Positions 13,472-26,140 of a DNA stretch of 64,000 nt are shown one piece after another. Under the pieces are notes generated by a model. The model searched no databases. It had not been told where the DNA came from and worked only from the letters and a program-made list of their open reading frames with translations. Position 1 is the stretch's first letter. Each line of letters begins with the position of its first letter. The stretch is taken from positions 116,686,001 to 116,750,000 of the forward strand of contig NC_087437.1 of NCBI RefSeq assembly GCF_036321535.1. The letters are read 5' to 3'. A program made the translations under genes and the position numbers. This DNA comes from Camelus dromedarius. Lineage: Eukaryota.

Positions 13472-13577
13472 TTTTTTTTAACATTTTGTATGGAGTTATA
13501 GTCGTTTTACAATGTTGTGTCAAATTCCAGCGTAGAGCACAATTTTTCAGTTATACATAAACATACATATATTCACT
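13472..13577 (-). mobile_element. Very short LINE-1 3' end
   Basis: Approximate reverse complement of the L1 tail at 24450-24540 (TTTACAATGTTGTGTCAAATT...GCACAATTTTTCAG). Confidence 0.75.
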
Positions 13578-14972
13578 AGATTTGAAAGCAACAGTTTTTT
13601 TAAAAATTGGCATTAGTATTGAGCTTTGTCATGAGACAATATTTACTGGCCCAGGTTTTTCCATCTATGCTTAATTTATAAAATGCAGCTTTATGAACAA
13701 AACAAGAGAGTTGAAAATTTGAAAAGGGAAACATAAAAATTAATTATTTTATAGAATCTAGTCCATTAAATGTCACCTTCGACTTACTGCAGTCTCAATA
13801 AACGTAAATATTTAATAATTCAGATTTACAATAGCCATAAAAGCCTTATCAACCAGATTATTTTATATCAAAAATGTCTTAAAAAGACAAGGAGCTAAAA
13901 TCTTAAAATACAGATTCTTAGTTAAAGCTGTTTAATAAGAGAATAAACTTTAAAACTTGGGAGTTGGCCTTCCTAATTCTAATAGCAACCCACTTCTTTC
14001 TCTGACAAAGCCCCCTTCCCTTTCCTTCCTCCCAGATACCCCTCAGCCTTACCCCCACGTGGCTGGTTTTATAGGCTTACATTCTAAAAGGGGACAGACG
14101 ACTGTAAGACACCAGAGCAACAGTGGACTAATGTAACAGGTCTTGGGCACCAGCTCAGAGATTCCCACCCATTCCCTGGGCCCCACAGCTGGTACGGTTT
14201 GTGGGGGGTGCCAGGATACCACCTTCCTTCCGGGTGATGAAATCTTTTTCTCGCACAATCTCTGCCCAGCCCATCGGGTGAAGGGCACCATATTGATTTT
14301 TCTGCTTCGTTTCTGTTTGTCTCTTTGGTCTTTGATGGGGCCCAGTGACTCACTCCCAACTCAGTCAGGACTTTCTACATCTTGATAACATCTAGATGAC
14401 TAATGCCTACAACACCTGGAGAGCTTGGTGAAGGCACTGTTTACTGAGACCACACTCACTCCAAGGGCCTGCCCTTCTAGGAATAGAAACCAAGAATTGG
14501 TGGTGACCACTGGCAGCTCTGTCCCTATGATCCCTGAATCAGAGGAGGTGATCCATTCATACTAGTTGGCTGTGATTAAGCCAACTTGGGGCCCCCTGGG
14601 ACTGAAGTCAAGGTGTGTCAAATACACTCATCCAGGAGATGGAATTCTCTTCCAAGTGTGACCAGTTGACACAGAGCAACTCATTACCTCCCCTCCTCTC
14701 ACAAGATTCAGCTTAAATCACCTTTGTTCCTTTCATCAAAGGGAATATTTACTGTTATTGTAATGACTCCTCTCACTGTACCCAAGGGTACACCTCAAAC
14801 ACACAGGCCTTTCAGAAAGCACAAAGGGGCATTGTGCAGACCAGAGCCCAGTGAGACGGATGGAGCGGTAAACACGCCACTGACAGCCGTGCTCCGTGGG
14901 CCTGTATGGTTTACCTTGGGCTGTGGGTGGCCATTGAGTTTGTACCGTATTTATTTTAAAAGGTGTGCCTTC

Positions 14973-15150
14973 GGTGGGAAGGTGTAGCTCAAGTTGTAGA
15001 GCACATGCTTAGCATGCACAAGGTCCTAGGTTCAATCCTCAGTACTTCCTCTAAAGAAAAAAATAAATAAACTTAATTATCTCCCCCACCAAAAAGTAAA
15101 TAAATTAAAAAATAATAATAAAATAATTTAAAGAATAAAAAAATAAAAAT
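14973..15150 (+). mobile_element. tRNA-derived SINE (Vic-1-like) with 15-bp TSD
   Basis: A box TAGCTCAAGTTG, B box GGTTCAATCC, A-rich tail. TSD AAAAGGTGTGCCTTC (14958-14972) / AACAGATGTGCCTTC (15151-15165) at a TT/AAAA L1-endonuclease site. Confidence 0.9.
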
Positions 15151-15385
15151 AACAGATGTGCCTTCATTAGGAGCATCATTAAATACCTGGTCATTTGCTT
15201 GGTGTTAAAATAATCAAGCAACAAATAAACCTTATTGCTGGGGAGAAACTCTTGGGCTACGGTAAGAAGTTGTGCATCTGGTCCTCAGTCTGTGCTACTG
15301 ATCAGCTGAGAGACCTCAGAAACACACTGTCGCACTCACGGCCTCTGTTTTCTCATCTGAAGAATGAGTTTGGAATACATCAGGG

Positions 15386-15858
15386 CAGTGGTTCTCAAAG
15401 TGTGGTCCAGGGCACCTAGGGATCCTTGAGCCCTTTTCCCCCAGCATCTGTGAGGTCAAAACTTTCATAAGTATTTTGCCTTTTTCACTCCCTCTCTCTC
15501 ACAGGGCCTTCAGTGGCTTTGTGATGTAACACTGCGAGGGGTTGAATTCAGAAGCAAATGTGAGACTCCAAATGCCTTCCAGTAAGCCAGACACAAAAAA
15601 GATTCACAGAAGTATAAAACAATTCCATGCTTCACACTAATGTTTTGCTGTTTTAGAAAATATAGTTACTTTTCATTAAGAAATGTTATTCATGTGTGCA
15701 TGTAATAGGTTGATTGTCATTATTTTAAAACAAACACATATTTTCAACACCTTCCAGTTTTGATTTCTAATATGGTAAAAAACTGTATAGGATCCACATA
15801 AACAAGAAATTTTAAGAATGCAGAGGAATCCTGAGACAAAAAGGCTTGACACCCAGTG
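15386..15858. mobile_element. hAT-Charlie DNA transposon derivative
   Basis: CAGTGGTTCTCAAAGTGTGGTCC terminal motif; degenerate opposite end; 8-bp flanks CATCAGGG/CATTAGAA. Confidence 0.65.
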
Positions 15859-16014
15859 CATTAGAACATCTTAAGGAGACTTTGTCATTTGTAATTTGAA
15901 TTTCCTTGCCTTGTCATTGTTTGCTTGTTTTTCCTTTTTTTACCCATCTATGAACTTACTGTCATTTTAATTACTAGATACTGACTCATTATGCTTCTTA
16001 TTTGTCATGTGTAT

Positions 16015-16135
16015 TCCCCTGTCCTTATATAAACTCCATGAGGGCTGAGATACTTGTCTATTTTGTTCATTAATGTATCCCAGGCTGCCCAGAACTGGGG
16101 CTGGCTCGTGGCAGGCACTTGATAAATATCTGTGG
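16015..16135 (+). mobile_element. LINE-2 3' end fragment
   Basis: AAACTCCATGAGGGC...CTGGCTCGTGGCAGGCACTTGATAAATATCTG, typical L2 tail. Confidence 0.6.
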
Positions 16136-17304
16136 CGGGGGGAGGGAAGGGAAGCAGGGGCAGGTACCATTGACAGAGCAGGTTGCATTATCTCTGTTTT
16201 ATGGGGGAAACCAAGGCATCGGAAGTGAAAGGTCCTGTTCAAGATCACATGGTGGTGGCAAAGCCCCAGCTTCCTGTCATAGCTTCCTGGGTCACGTGGC
16301 TCTGTTACCTGACCCACAAGGCAGCCCGTTCTCCAGCAAAACCCAGAAGTATCTGAGTCCCCCGGGGCTGGTATTAACAGACAGCCTGTGTCCAGCTTAC
16401 CCTGGAAGATGCACAGGTTCCCAGTAAATGAACTCAGAGCCCTGTGGAGGAGCTCAGCAGGAAGGCTCTGATCCATGAGGGCGGTGTGAGAGCTCGGGGT
16501 CTGTGAACAGATACAGGCCTTGGAATCCACTGAGAGCCTTCCAAGTTCAGTGTGGTGACACAGGTCAGACCCCGTTCACCAGACCTGGAGGGTTTCCAGC
16601 TGTGTTAGGTATGCCTTCTGAGGGCCACCCACTGTTTTGCTCCTGCCAAGTCTATGATTCAGTAACCACAACCAGACACCAGGCCCGCTGTCTCCTGCGG
16701 AAATCTCTAGGAATGAAGAGATGGTTTTGCAATCGGCCAGCTGGGACCCTAGCACCCACTGGGCTCGTGGAGTCCGTTTCAGTCTCAGCCTCTCCCACCT
16801 GGAAGTAACCACCGACGACTCCTCTAAGAGACCCTGGTGCTTCTTCACCCGTGGACACTCAAGGTCTAGGCGAAAGGGAAGTTTCTGGACCTTGAGGAAG
16901 CTTAGAATCTCTAGGGAGAAACAGGCAACACTGACCATCACAGCCCAGGAGTTAAGACCCAGGAGTCTGTTCAAAACCAGGGAGGTTACATAAGAACCAC
17001 GTGCGAAATGGGGCAGAGCCCTCAGGACCCAATCACCCCCAAACCCCCCACCTCCAAATACCATCTCAAGGAAGGTTAGGTTTCAGCATATGAATCTGGG
17101 AGCCTCGCAAGCCTTCAGACCACAGCAACGACGATTACAGAAAGCCCTCAGTGAAGTTCTCTTCTCTTTTCTCCTCCTTCTCTTCCTCTTCCCTTGGCTG
17201 GATCTTGAGGCTCACCAGGTGGGTAGGGGAGGAGAGTGGGAGATGAAGCTGGCAATGCAGAGGGAAGCCAGGCCAAGCTCTTAGGTTTCATTTTAAGAGC
17301 AGTG

Positions 17305-17510
17305 CAAATATACATAAAACAGATAAACAACAAGTTCATACTGTATAGCACAGGGAACTATATTCAGTATCTTGTAGTAACTTACGGTGAAAAAGAATAT
17401 GAAAATGAATGCATATATGTTCATGTATGATTGAAGTATTATGCTGTACACCAGAAATTGATACAACATTGTAAAGTGACTACACTGCAATAAAAATGTA
17501 TATTAAAAAA
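17305..17510 (+). mobile_element. Short LINE-1 3' end with 10-bp TSD
   Basis: CTGTATAGCACAGGGAACTATATTCAG...AATAAA plus polyA. TSD AAGAGCAGTG (17295-17304) / AAGAGCAGCG (17511-17520). Confidence 0.88.
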
Positions 17511-18869
17511 AAGAGCAGCGTGGAGGCATTGAACTTTTGTGAGCAGGGACTAACGTAATCAGAGCAACGGGTTAGGCAGCATATTGGGACGCTTGATGCA
17601 GTAGTCACTGAAAGGAAGACATCAGAGGGAGGGCATCTGATTGGAATGTGACCGCCAGACACTATTGTGCCTGTCCCTCTTAGATCCCTAAGAATAGAAA
17701 GAAGAGATTGATTGTTGGGGAAATCGAGGAGCGAGAATGCACAATTCCAATTCCAGATTGATTCAGAGAGGACAAGAGATAGAAGAGCCCGAGGAATGTC
17801 CCTGGTGGACAGGAAAATACCCCAGGGGGCGGGGCTTGTTGCAGGGAGGGCTGTAGCTGAGCTTCTGCCCCTCCATGGGTGTCCATTCTCATCACAGGCT
17901 CATCCAGCTGAAGACTACGCTTCCCAGCCTCCCCTGCAGCTAGAGGAAGTCATGTGTCCAAGCCCCGATCCATGGGAAAGAGCAGGACTGCCATGTGCAA
18001 TTCTGAATCATGTCCCTAAAGCAAAGTGCCTCTGCTTCTCCTCCCTCCTTTCCCAGGAAGGTAGGTAGACATGGTATGAGACATTGTCAGCCAGGGGGGA
18101 CGAGGGCAGAGTGAGATAGGAGGAGCCTAGGTCCCAATGTCTCTGAGCCACCAAAACCAGCCTTGGGCCATCTTCCCTAAGTGTTGTGCCAGGGAACAGT
18201 AAACTTCTATCTCATTTAAGCCCCTGTATATGTGGCATTTTGTTCCTAACATGTTATGTTTAAGGGCCTTTGCTGTATTTTAAGGGGTCAATCAGTTGAG
18301 AAACTCTGTCTCTGTACCAAAGGCTCTGAGAGCCACCCATCCTCGGCCCATGGGCTCTGCAACCACCTGTGGGGTGGAGAGCAGCTGCGAGGCGTCCACC
18401 ACCCACGCCAGTGCAGGAACAGAGGCCATGTGCAGCACACATCTGGGCCGAAGTGGACACTTCACAACTGCTCTGGCAGGACTGAGTCAGGAAACACACC
18501 CAACTGAGTGAGGGCCTCGGGGTCACTAAGATTTCATGAAAACAAGCTGTCAGTGGGATCTGACAGGTTATGGAGAAGCAGAAAAGGCGAATGTGCCAGA
18601 TGTTGTTTGCTCTTCAGCAGGATATTTCAACCAGGGTCTCGTATCTTCCAGAGCAGTTGTACAAGAAGAGTTCATCATCCCAGGTTATTGTCACCCAGAG
18701 GGAGAGTCCTAGGGACATACCACGGTCTTTGTCTTAGTCACTGTTTGTTCAACAACTTGCTTATCAAGGTTATAGGTGACTCAGAGTGGCTAGTGATGGA
18801 AGAGCCTTTGGATAATAAAACTCGGGAGTCATAAAGATCTGAGAGACAGGAATGGCTCACTGAATCTAG

Positions 18870-19700
18870 CCAGATTCATTTATTCGTTCACAGAAGTTGC
18901 ATTCATCAAGACCTAGAACACACCAGATGCTGTTGAAGGTGCCGCGTGACACAATGAGCAACATGGACAAGGGTTCTGCTCTCGCTGACCTGGTGCTTTA
19001 ATATGGGGAAGAAGGACAATAAAATAAAATAAACACATAAATTAACCAGATAATTTTTGAAGTGCTGAATGCTAGGAAAAGTTTTTCCAGTGTGATGTAA
19101 TGGTGATAGGACAGTGAGGCTCCTTCTGATCGGGGGTCAGGAGGACAGCCAGTGGTGGTTATCCTGGATGCAGAGACAGGACAAAGAGCCTTGCAGAGAA
19201 GAGTGAGTGCAAAGGCCCTGGGGTGGGAGCAGTTTGGGTGTTCCAGGAATAGACAGAGGTTGGGGTGCTGGAGTATGATGAGGAAGGAGGAGAATGATGG
19301 GAGAGGAGGTGTGGCCAGGTGTTCTAGGGCACTGTACAAAGTAGGGATTCTATTCTATGTGGAATGAGAAGTTTTGGAGGAGGCAGCATTCCCGGATTTA
19401 CTTTTTCAAGACTGGGTTGACTGCTGGGTGAAAGATGAGTCATAGGAGAGCTGGGGCGAAGGGGTCCTCCACACTTAGAAGACCGATGCACAGTCAAGAT
19501 GAGGCAAATGGTAACAAGACTATAGAGGCAGAAAGAGAAAGAAGTAGTTGGATTTGAGCTATGTCATGGAAGTAGCAGGGTGCACAGGATTTGCTGATGG
19601 TTTCCGGGGCTGAGGAAGAAGAGAAACCAAGGAGGACCCCCAGGGCTTTGTCTTGAGCAACTGGGACTGGTGGGACCGGTTCCTAGGATGGTAGATCCTT
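18870..19700 (-). mobile_element. LINE-2 fragment
   Basis: ATTCATTTATTCGTTCA tail followed by GA-rich L2 antisense text (GTGCAAAGGCCCTGGGGTGGGAG, GGATTTGCTGATGG). Confidence 0.65.
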
Positions 19701-20764
19701 TTCTCCATCTCCACCATTAAGTCACTGGTTCAAGGCACCCTGGTCCTGGACCTTTACTCCCAGTGCAGGCACCTGGCTGGCCCTCCTGCCGTTCTCCACA
19801 GTCTGTGATGGAGTGTGCGGAGACAGCCCCGGGGGCCCACAATAACACTCGCACCTGCTAGCAGGTAGGTTGGAAGGATAGCCCGGTGCAGTTCACGCAC
19901 AGAGGAGAGGTAGACAGTCAGTCACTGTATGGGACTGTCCTCAGCTGGCAACTTTGACAGGCTTCTGGTCAGGGAGGGGACGGAGGACACCAGGAAGAAG
20001 AGAAGATTGAACTGAAGAAATGAGACCAAGGCAGAAGCTCCATCCTGGAGACCAGAGGCGAGAGAAGGAGGAGGTCCTGGTGCAAGAAGAGCAGGGACCA
20101 GGGGGCTTCTCGGGACCCAGCAGTGACCCTGGGTCCAATGCCCACCAGACCATGGGGCTGCCATTGGTGTACTTTTGGTCCCTGTCCAAAAGTCCAGGTG
20201 GCCAGCCCAGTTCTCTTCCCAACTCAGGAACAGGGACAGGATCAGATCCAAATTTAGGGCAGGGGTGGGGGGTACAGAGCCCAGCCAGGAGAACCTAGGG
20301 ATGAACAGAGAATGTCCTCAGCCAAAGATGACCTCTGGTACTGTCTCATCTTCCGGCTGCTGATCACGTCACATCACTATTAACATGTAACTGATCTGAA
20401 CTCTAAGCTCTTATTCTTTTATTTTTATGATTTTTTTTCACATGACTTGTGATGGTGACTCACCCTCAAGACTGAGGATTCCAACATGTAATTGCTACCA
20501 TAAACGCACGTGGCTCCCACTGGCTGGAGCATTTGGTAAAGCAGTTTCATAAACCACCCCCCTTCCTCATTTTCTTGTAGAGGATGTCAAAGATCCAAGT
20601 CACTGCTTAATTCAGTATTTCACTCTTTACCCTCTTTTTTAAACTTACTCAGAACTTTCTTTCTCTCAGAGACCCCCACACTTTTTTAGAATGCATCATC
20701 TCTGGACTTCATCCCTGGTTTCGCCTTTCTGCTCTCTTTTCAGGGTCTCATCTCACAAGAGGAT

Positions 20765-21212
20765 TGAATGAGTTCCCCTTGGCCTGCTGTACCAAGTCAC
20801 CACCAGCTCCGTGGCTTGGTAAAACAGGCATTCATTCTCTCACAGTTCTAGAGCCCAGAAGTCCAGAATCAAGGTGCCAGGAGGGCCGGGCTCCCTCTGA
20901 AGGCTTCAGGGGAGGATCCTTCCTGCCTCCTCCTCCAGCCTCTGGTGGCCCCAGGTGCTCCTTGGCTTATGGCTGCATCACTCCAGACCATGCCTCCATC
21001 TTCCCGTGGCTTTCTCTTCTCCCTGTGTCTCTCCTCGACACTTGTCATTTGATTGAGGGCCTGCTGGGATAACCCAGCATGATTTCATCTTGAGATTCTT
21101 CAATAACTGTGTCTGCAAAAACTTTATTTTTTTCCAAATAAGGTCACATCTGCCAGGGGTTAGGATGCAGACGTAACTTTGGGGAGGGGGGTCACCATTC
21201 GAACGACTTCAA
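20765..21212 (-). mobile_element. MaLR solo LTR (MLT1C-like)
   Basis: ATTCTCTCACAGTTCTAGAG...AAGTCCAGAATCAAGGTG...CCAAATAAGGTCACAT. Confidence 0.8.
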
Positions 21213-22074
21213 GGACATGACTGTTACCCCTTGTGGAGAGTTACTGCACAGGCCAGGAGAGGGGAACCCACCCAAGTCAAGGCGGAATGCATGCTGGGCA
21301 GTGAGTGGGCGATGTGCCCTCAATAGCCGCACGGCTGCAGCCCTTGAGACACGCATCTCAGCCAAGTTTTAAAACCCAGCCCACCCGGGGACTTCGGGTT
21401 GCCCTCACACGATGGAGCCGACCCACATGACAGCCTTGAATGCCGAGGGTCAAGTCATGGTCTGCAAAGCACAAGGAAGTCAGATGGCTTGGTCTGTCAT
21501 CAAGTCACTACAAGAGCAGAGGTCCGGTCCTGGCCCTCAGCTTGGCCTACCGGCCACAGGGCAAGATGCTGGCCAGGCTGAGTCACAGTTCCCTCCCTAG
21601 TCAACCAGGGATAACTGGGCATGTCCTGCTTACCCCGGGGCAAGGGACAGGGCAGCGGCGTCTGTGAAACCATGTGTTAGCTGTCAAGGGCTGCGCACAT
21701 GCGAGGTGCTATTCTATTTACTTCAGTGGGAAAACACTCTCAATGAAAAATTCGGGGGATTTTAGTCCTGAATCACTTTGAAGTTTGCTCTGTGACTTTG
21801 GGCAAGTCCTTTAAGCAAGAAATAGTCATGCTATTCAAAATAAGTAAAGTCGTAGAAGGTAAACCTAAGAAAAGTATAAAGAAATATATAAATGCAGCTT
21901 CCCACCACTATTCTGGTTTTTACTGCTTCAGCAGAGTATGACGAAAGACATCACATCATGCATTTGCCTCCTGTGGTTGGTGACACTTTTAACACATACA
22001 TCCATACTTACCAACCAACATTTTATGTGTTTCTTGGAGAGGTAACAAAAACTCGTCCTCAGAGCTCCTTAGCG

Positions 22075-22730
22075 TCATTTACTCAGCAAATATTTACTGA
22101 GTGCAGCATCAGGAACTGTTCTGAGCACCGCAGGAAAGTAGGGCACAAAACGGATACCATCCCTGCCCTCATGGAGCAGAATTCATGCTGGGGAGGTAGA
22201 CAGAAAATTAACAGCATGAAAAAGTAAAATGTAAAGAACATTAATTTCAAGGGCCTGGGGGGAAAACATCATGCCGTGTCAGATGAGGAAAGGCTGAAAT
22301 TTTATTTTTATGTGTCTTTTTGGGGGGAGGACAGGTTTGTTTGTTTGTTTGTTTGTTTATTTATTTATTTATTTAGATGGAGGCATTGGGGATTGAACCC
22401 AGGACCTCATGCATGCTGAGCAGAAGCGCATAAGTGCTCTGCCACTGAGCTGTACCCTCCCCACAAATGGTGGAAGCTTTAGACAGAAGAAGAGCTTTCC
22501 CAGGAAAGGTGTTTGGGGGAGGTCAGGTGGTACCCTGAGGAGCAGCAGGATGGGGAGGGAGGAGAGGTGACAGAGACAGAGAGAGGCCAGGTCCCGGGAC
22601 CTCAGGAGGCCTGCCAGGGCCTCAGGCTTTTCCTCTGAATTGCACGGGGCCATTGGAGGGTTTCAGCTGAGGAGGGACAGGACTGACTGATGACTCAACA
22701 GGATCCCTCTGGCTGCTGTGTTGAGAACAA
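22075..22730 (-). mobile_element. LINE-2 fragment interrupted by a SINE
   Basis: CATTTACTCAGCAAATATTTACTGAG tail; GGATCCCTCTGGCTGCTGTGTTGAGAA further in. Confidence 0.6.
22300..22462 (-). mobile_element. tRNA-derived SINE (Vic-1-like) with (GTTT)n(ATTT)n tail
   Basis: GGGGATTGAACCCAGGACCTC...CCACTGAGCTGTACCCTCCC is the reverse complement of the SINE head. Confidence 0.88.
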
Positions 22731-23359
22731 CATAAGGCTTAGAAGTCTTTAGCAATGAGAAGTAGTCAAATTCGCAAGTTACACTGAAAAGTCGTTTTAA
22801 AAGTGTCAAATGATGCCAATTATATCTCCATAAAACTGGAATGAAGGAACAAAATGTCAAATGGCTGTTTGTTTTCCCCTAAACTAGATCAGGGGCTTCT
22901 TGTAGGGAAATGGTTTATTCATTTTTTTCTATACAAACACCAAAGGGTAGGGTGATTTAAACAAGAAGATACAATGACACCACTTGCTAAGTTCAGTCAA
23001 ACATTCTTCTCCTTTCAAAGAAACATGCGTGCCAGCTCAGAGAGGGGAGGGCCTCCTTGGTCTCCCTCCCATGAGGAAGGCCCACTGTTCCTGGGGTGGC
23101 CCACACCTAGGAGGGCCGCTGCCGGGGGAGGACAGGTGGGACCTGAACGAAGTCCAGTGATGGGCTGTCTGGAACAGCCCAGGCCCCTCCCATCCCGACT
23201 CTGGCTTCACTTCTTCCTCCTCCTCTGCCCAGGCGGGTCCAGGAAGAGAGAATCAGCGCCCCCCCCCCCCTTCTCAGGGTGTTAAAGATGCTCTAAGACT
23301 CATTGACAAGTCAGCAGTTTCACAGGTACCTGCCAACAGAAACCAGATAATTGGAGATG

Positions 23360-23712
23360 ATAAAATATATATTGGCTATAAAGAAAAATGAAGTACGGAC
23401 ACACAGATGGCCCTTGAGAACTGTCTGCTGAGTGAAAGAAGCCAATCACAAAAGACTACATATCACAAAAGACTCCATTCGTAAGAAATGCCCAGAACAG
23501 GCAGACAGAAAGCAGATCAGTGGTTACTCAGGGCTAGAGGATCGAAGGGCTCATGGGGTGACGGCTAACGGGAACAGGATTTCTTTTTGAAGTGATGAAA
23601 ATGTTCTCAAATCGACAGGGCTGAAGGTCGTACATATCTGTGAATATTCTGAAAATCATACATTAAATGGGCCAATGTGATGATCTGTGAATTATATCCC
23701 AAGCAAGGTGTT
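23360..23712 (+). mobile_element. Old LINE-1 (L1M-type) 3' end
   Basis: GCTGAGTGAAAGAAGCCAATCACAAAAGACTACATA...GTGATGAAAATGTTCT...TGTGAATTATATC. Confidence 0.75.
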
Positions 23713-23891
23713 TATGTGTGTTTCTACAGCATGTAGTGTGTAGTTTGAAGACACCAAGTGAGACTAACACAAAGGCCCGGACTTGCCTCGGGAGCAGGGG
23801 ACTGGCAGCCACCTGTCTGCCGTGTTCTGTGTAGCAGAAGCAGCTGCTGGCACCCTGCGTGTGGGGAAAGCCCTGGGAGGAAGTGTCCCAC

Positions 23892-23980
23892 CTGAGACCA
23901 GCTGTATAATTTGCCAGGCCCAGTGCGAAATGGAAAAAAGCCCCTTATTTTTATTTTTAAGTGTTAAGAATTTCAAGATG
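23892..23980. mobile_element. MER45A-like hAT MITE fragment, interrupted by L1
   Basis: ATAATTTGCCAGGCCCAGTGCGAAATGG...TTAAGAATTTCAAGATG matches the MER45A consensus as recalled. Confidence 0.55.
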
Positions 23981-23982
23981 AC

Positions 23983-24546
23983 ACCTGCACCCCAATGTTC
24001 ATAGCAGCACTATTTACAATAGCCAAAACATGGAAACAGCCTAAATGTCCATCAACAGGTGACTGGATAAAGAAGATGTGGTATATTTATACAATGGAAT
24101 ACTACTCAGCCATAAAAACCGACAACATAACGCCATTTGCAGCAACATGGATGCTCCTGGAGAATGTCATTCTAAGTGAAGTAAGCCAGAAAGAGAAAGA
24201 AAAATACCATATGAGATCGCTCATATGTGGAATCTAAAAAACAAAAACAAAAACAAACAAACAAACAAAAAACAAAGCGTAAATACAGGACAGAAATAGA
24301 CTCATAGACATAGAATACAGACTTGTGGTTGCCAGGGGGGCAGAGGGTGGGAAGGGATAGACTGAGATTTCAAAATTGTAGAATAGATAAACAAGATTAT
24401 ACTGTATAGCACAGGGAATCACAGAGGAAAAAATGTGACAATGAGTGTGTATATGTCCATGTATGACTGAAAAATTGTGCTGAACACTAGAATTTGACAC
24501 AACATTGTAAAGTGATTATAAATCAATAAGAAATGCTTAAAAAAAA
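23983..24546 (+). mobile_element. Relatively young 5'-truncated LINE-1 (ORF2 C-terminus, 3'UTR, polyA)
   Basis: ORF 23995..24237 [20 protein letters not shown]...LSEVSQKEKEKYHM, uninterrupted; polyA to 24548; TSD AAGATGAC/AAGATGGC. Confidence 0.93.
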
Positions 24547-25889
24547 AAGATGGCTACTGAGATCTGGTCCCACCACCTGTCGTTTCTCCAGGCGTCAAGG
24601 GGCGTGGGGGTGTCCCTGCTAGGTGTTCTGACAGCAAGTCCTGCCAGTCAACCTTGTTTTGATGAAGGTGGCAAGTGAAGAGATGTTTCTTTGCTGGGAG
24701 GGCTGGGGCGATTCCTGCGGCATTCTGGGAGAATCTTCCAGAAGATGAGTGCGGCTGGTTCTCCCAGTAGAGGGTGGGCTCTCCTCCTCACCCTCAACCT
24801 AACAAAGGCACCTTCAACCAACCAAAGTCTGGCATTTAGAGGCAAAACCAGCATCAGCTTTAATGAGAAGAGTTGATTCATGTAACGGCGAGAAACCAGA
24901 GATACTCACAGCTCAGCAGGTCTGAAACAGACGAAGACACCAAGATTCATAAATGCGAAGAAGTTTTCCAGTTTCCACCCACTGGAAAGCCATTCCTCAA
25001 AAGAATGAATGTAACATAAATATCCCAACATTTTAGTGATTTATTCACATGCTGCTACGTCTGTCATGTTACTGAGTTTTAAAAATGCTAATCCAGGTTT
25101 CATTTTGTCACCAAAAGCGGCAGGCAAATTAACTTAATCATTACTTAACCATGTGCTAGACCGACTGGCACAGCAGTGACTAACTCTTCGCTTGTGTGAA
25201 GACTAGCGGTTTGGTGCCCAGTGGGCCAAATAAATAAATCAGGTTGGTGCCTGGAGCGTTATTCAGACCAATATACTGGGGATCATTTTGTGATTCAGAA
25301 AAAAAAAATACACACAACTGCAAAATCATATATCTGTGCAGGTCTGACTCACACTTCAGACACATTTATTTAGGGATGATCAATTCTGCAGAATGCAACG
25401 GGTTCCTCTTACTATTTTCGTTGTTCAGACTTGCCTGAAGCATGTCATCCGGCAGCTTCATATCACAGTGGATTTTGAAGGTGGTTTATATACTACAGAA
25501 GCACTGCCTTATAAGGGAACACAGCTGCGTCAGGGAGGCAGTGGGGGCAGGACTGGACGGTGGCCCCAGCCCGGCCGGGAAATCATCAGATGACTGCGGA
25601 CAGCAAATTAATCTCCTCTGGACCTCAGTTTCCTTATAACGACAGCAGTTGGGCTCATGCATTACCTCTAAAGTTTTTTCCAATTTTAAAATTCAGTGTT
25701 TCATCTGCTGGTCTCTTGTCACCAAAGGCACGAGGACTAGAGTGGAATGGGGGCTCCTATTGGCGGCATCGGTCTTGGTCTTAGTTCTTGTTGTGGAAAC
25801 AAGATCCTGCTTAGAGCGTAGAACAAGGCAAGGATCAGAGGTGGGTGAACGGATTGGCTGGACCATCTCGCCTGTCCCAGTCCCAGGGG

Positions 25890-26140
25890 GGCTGCTGCTC
25901 ATTTATCACCACCTTGAACTTAATTATGTGCCGGGCATTGTTCTGAGTGCTTAAGAGATCTTAACTCATTGAACTGTCAGGTAGCCCAAAGAGAAAAGGC
26001 CCACTGTTATGCAAACTGGACAGAGAAGGAAACTTCTCTGGACTGAGACCCAGCGAGGCTAAGGAATTTGCCGGGGCCTCAATGGGATGGCTAGTGAAAA
26101 GCTGAGCTGGGATTTAACCCCAGGGAGTCTGACCCCACAG
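25890..26140 (-). mobile_element. MIR SINE
   Basis: TATGTGCCGGGCATTGTTCTGAGTGCTT...ACTGAGACCCAGCGAGG...GAGCTGGGATTTAACCCCAGG. Confidence 0.65.

Noticed and set aside
3239..19249. Multiple STAT GAS motifs (TTCN3GAA at 3239, 5203, 5882, 7268, 10162, 14475, 19241)
   Set aside because: The motif fixes only six bases (about one per 4 kb by chance), so this count is not clearly enriched.
3983..24237. ORFs 3983..4228(-) and 23995..24237(+) with real protein similarity
   Set aside because: C-terminal fragments of L1 ORF2p in truncated retrotransposons, not host genes.
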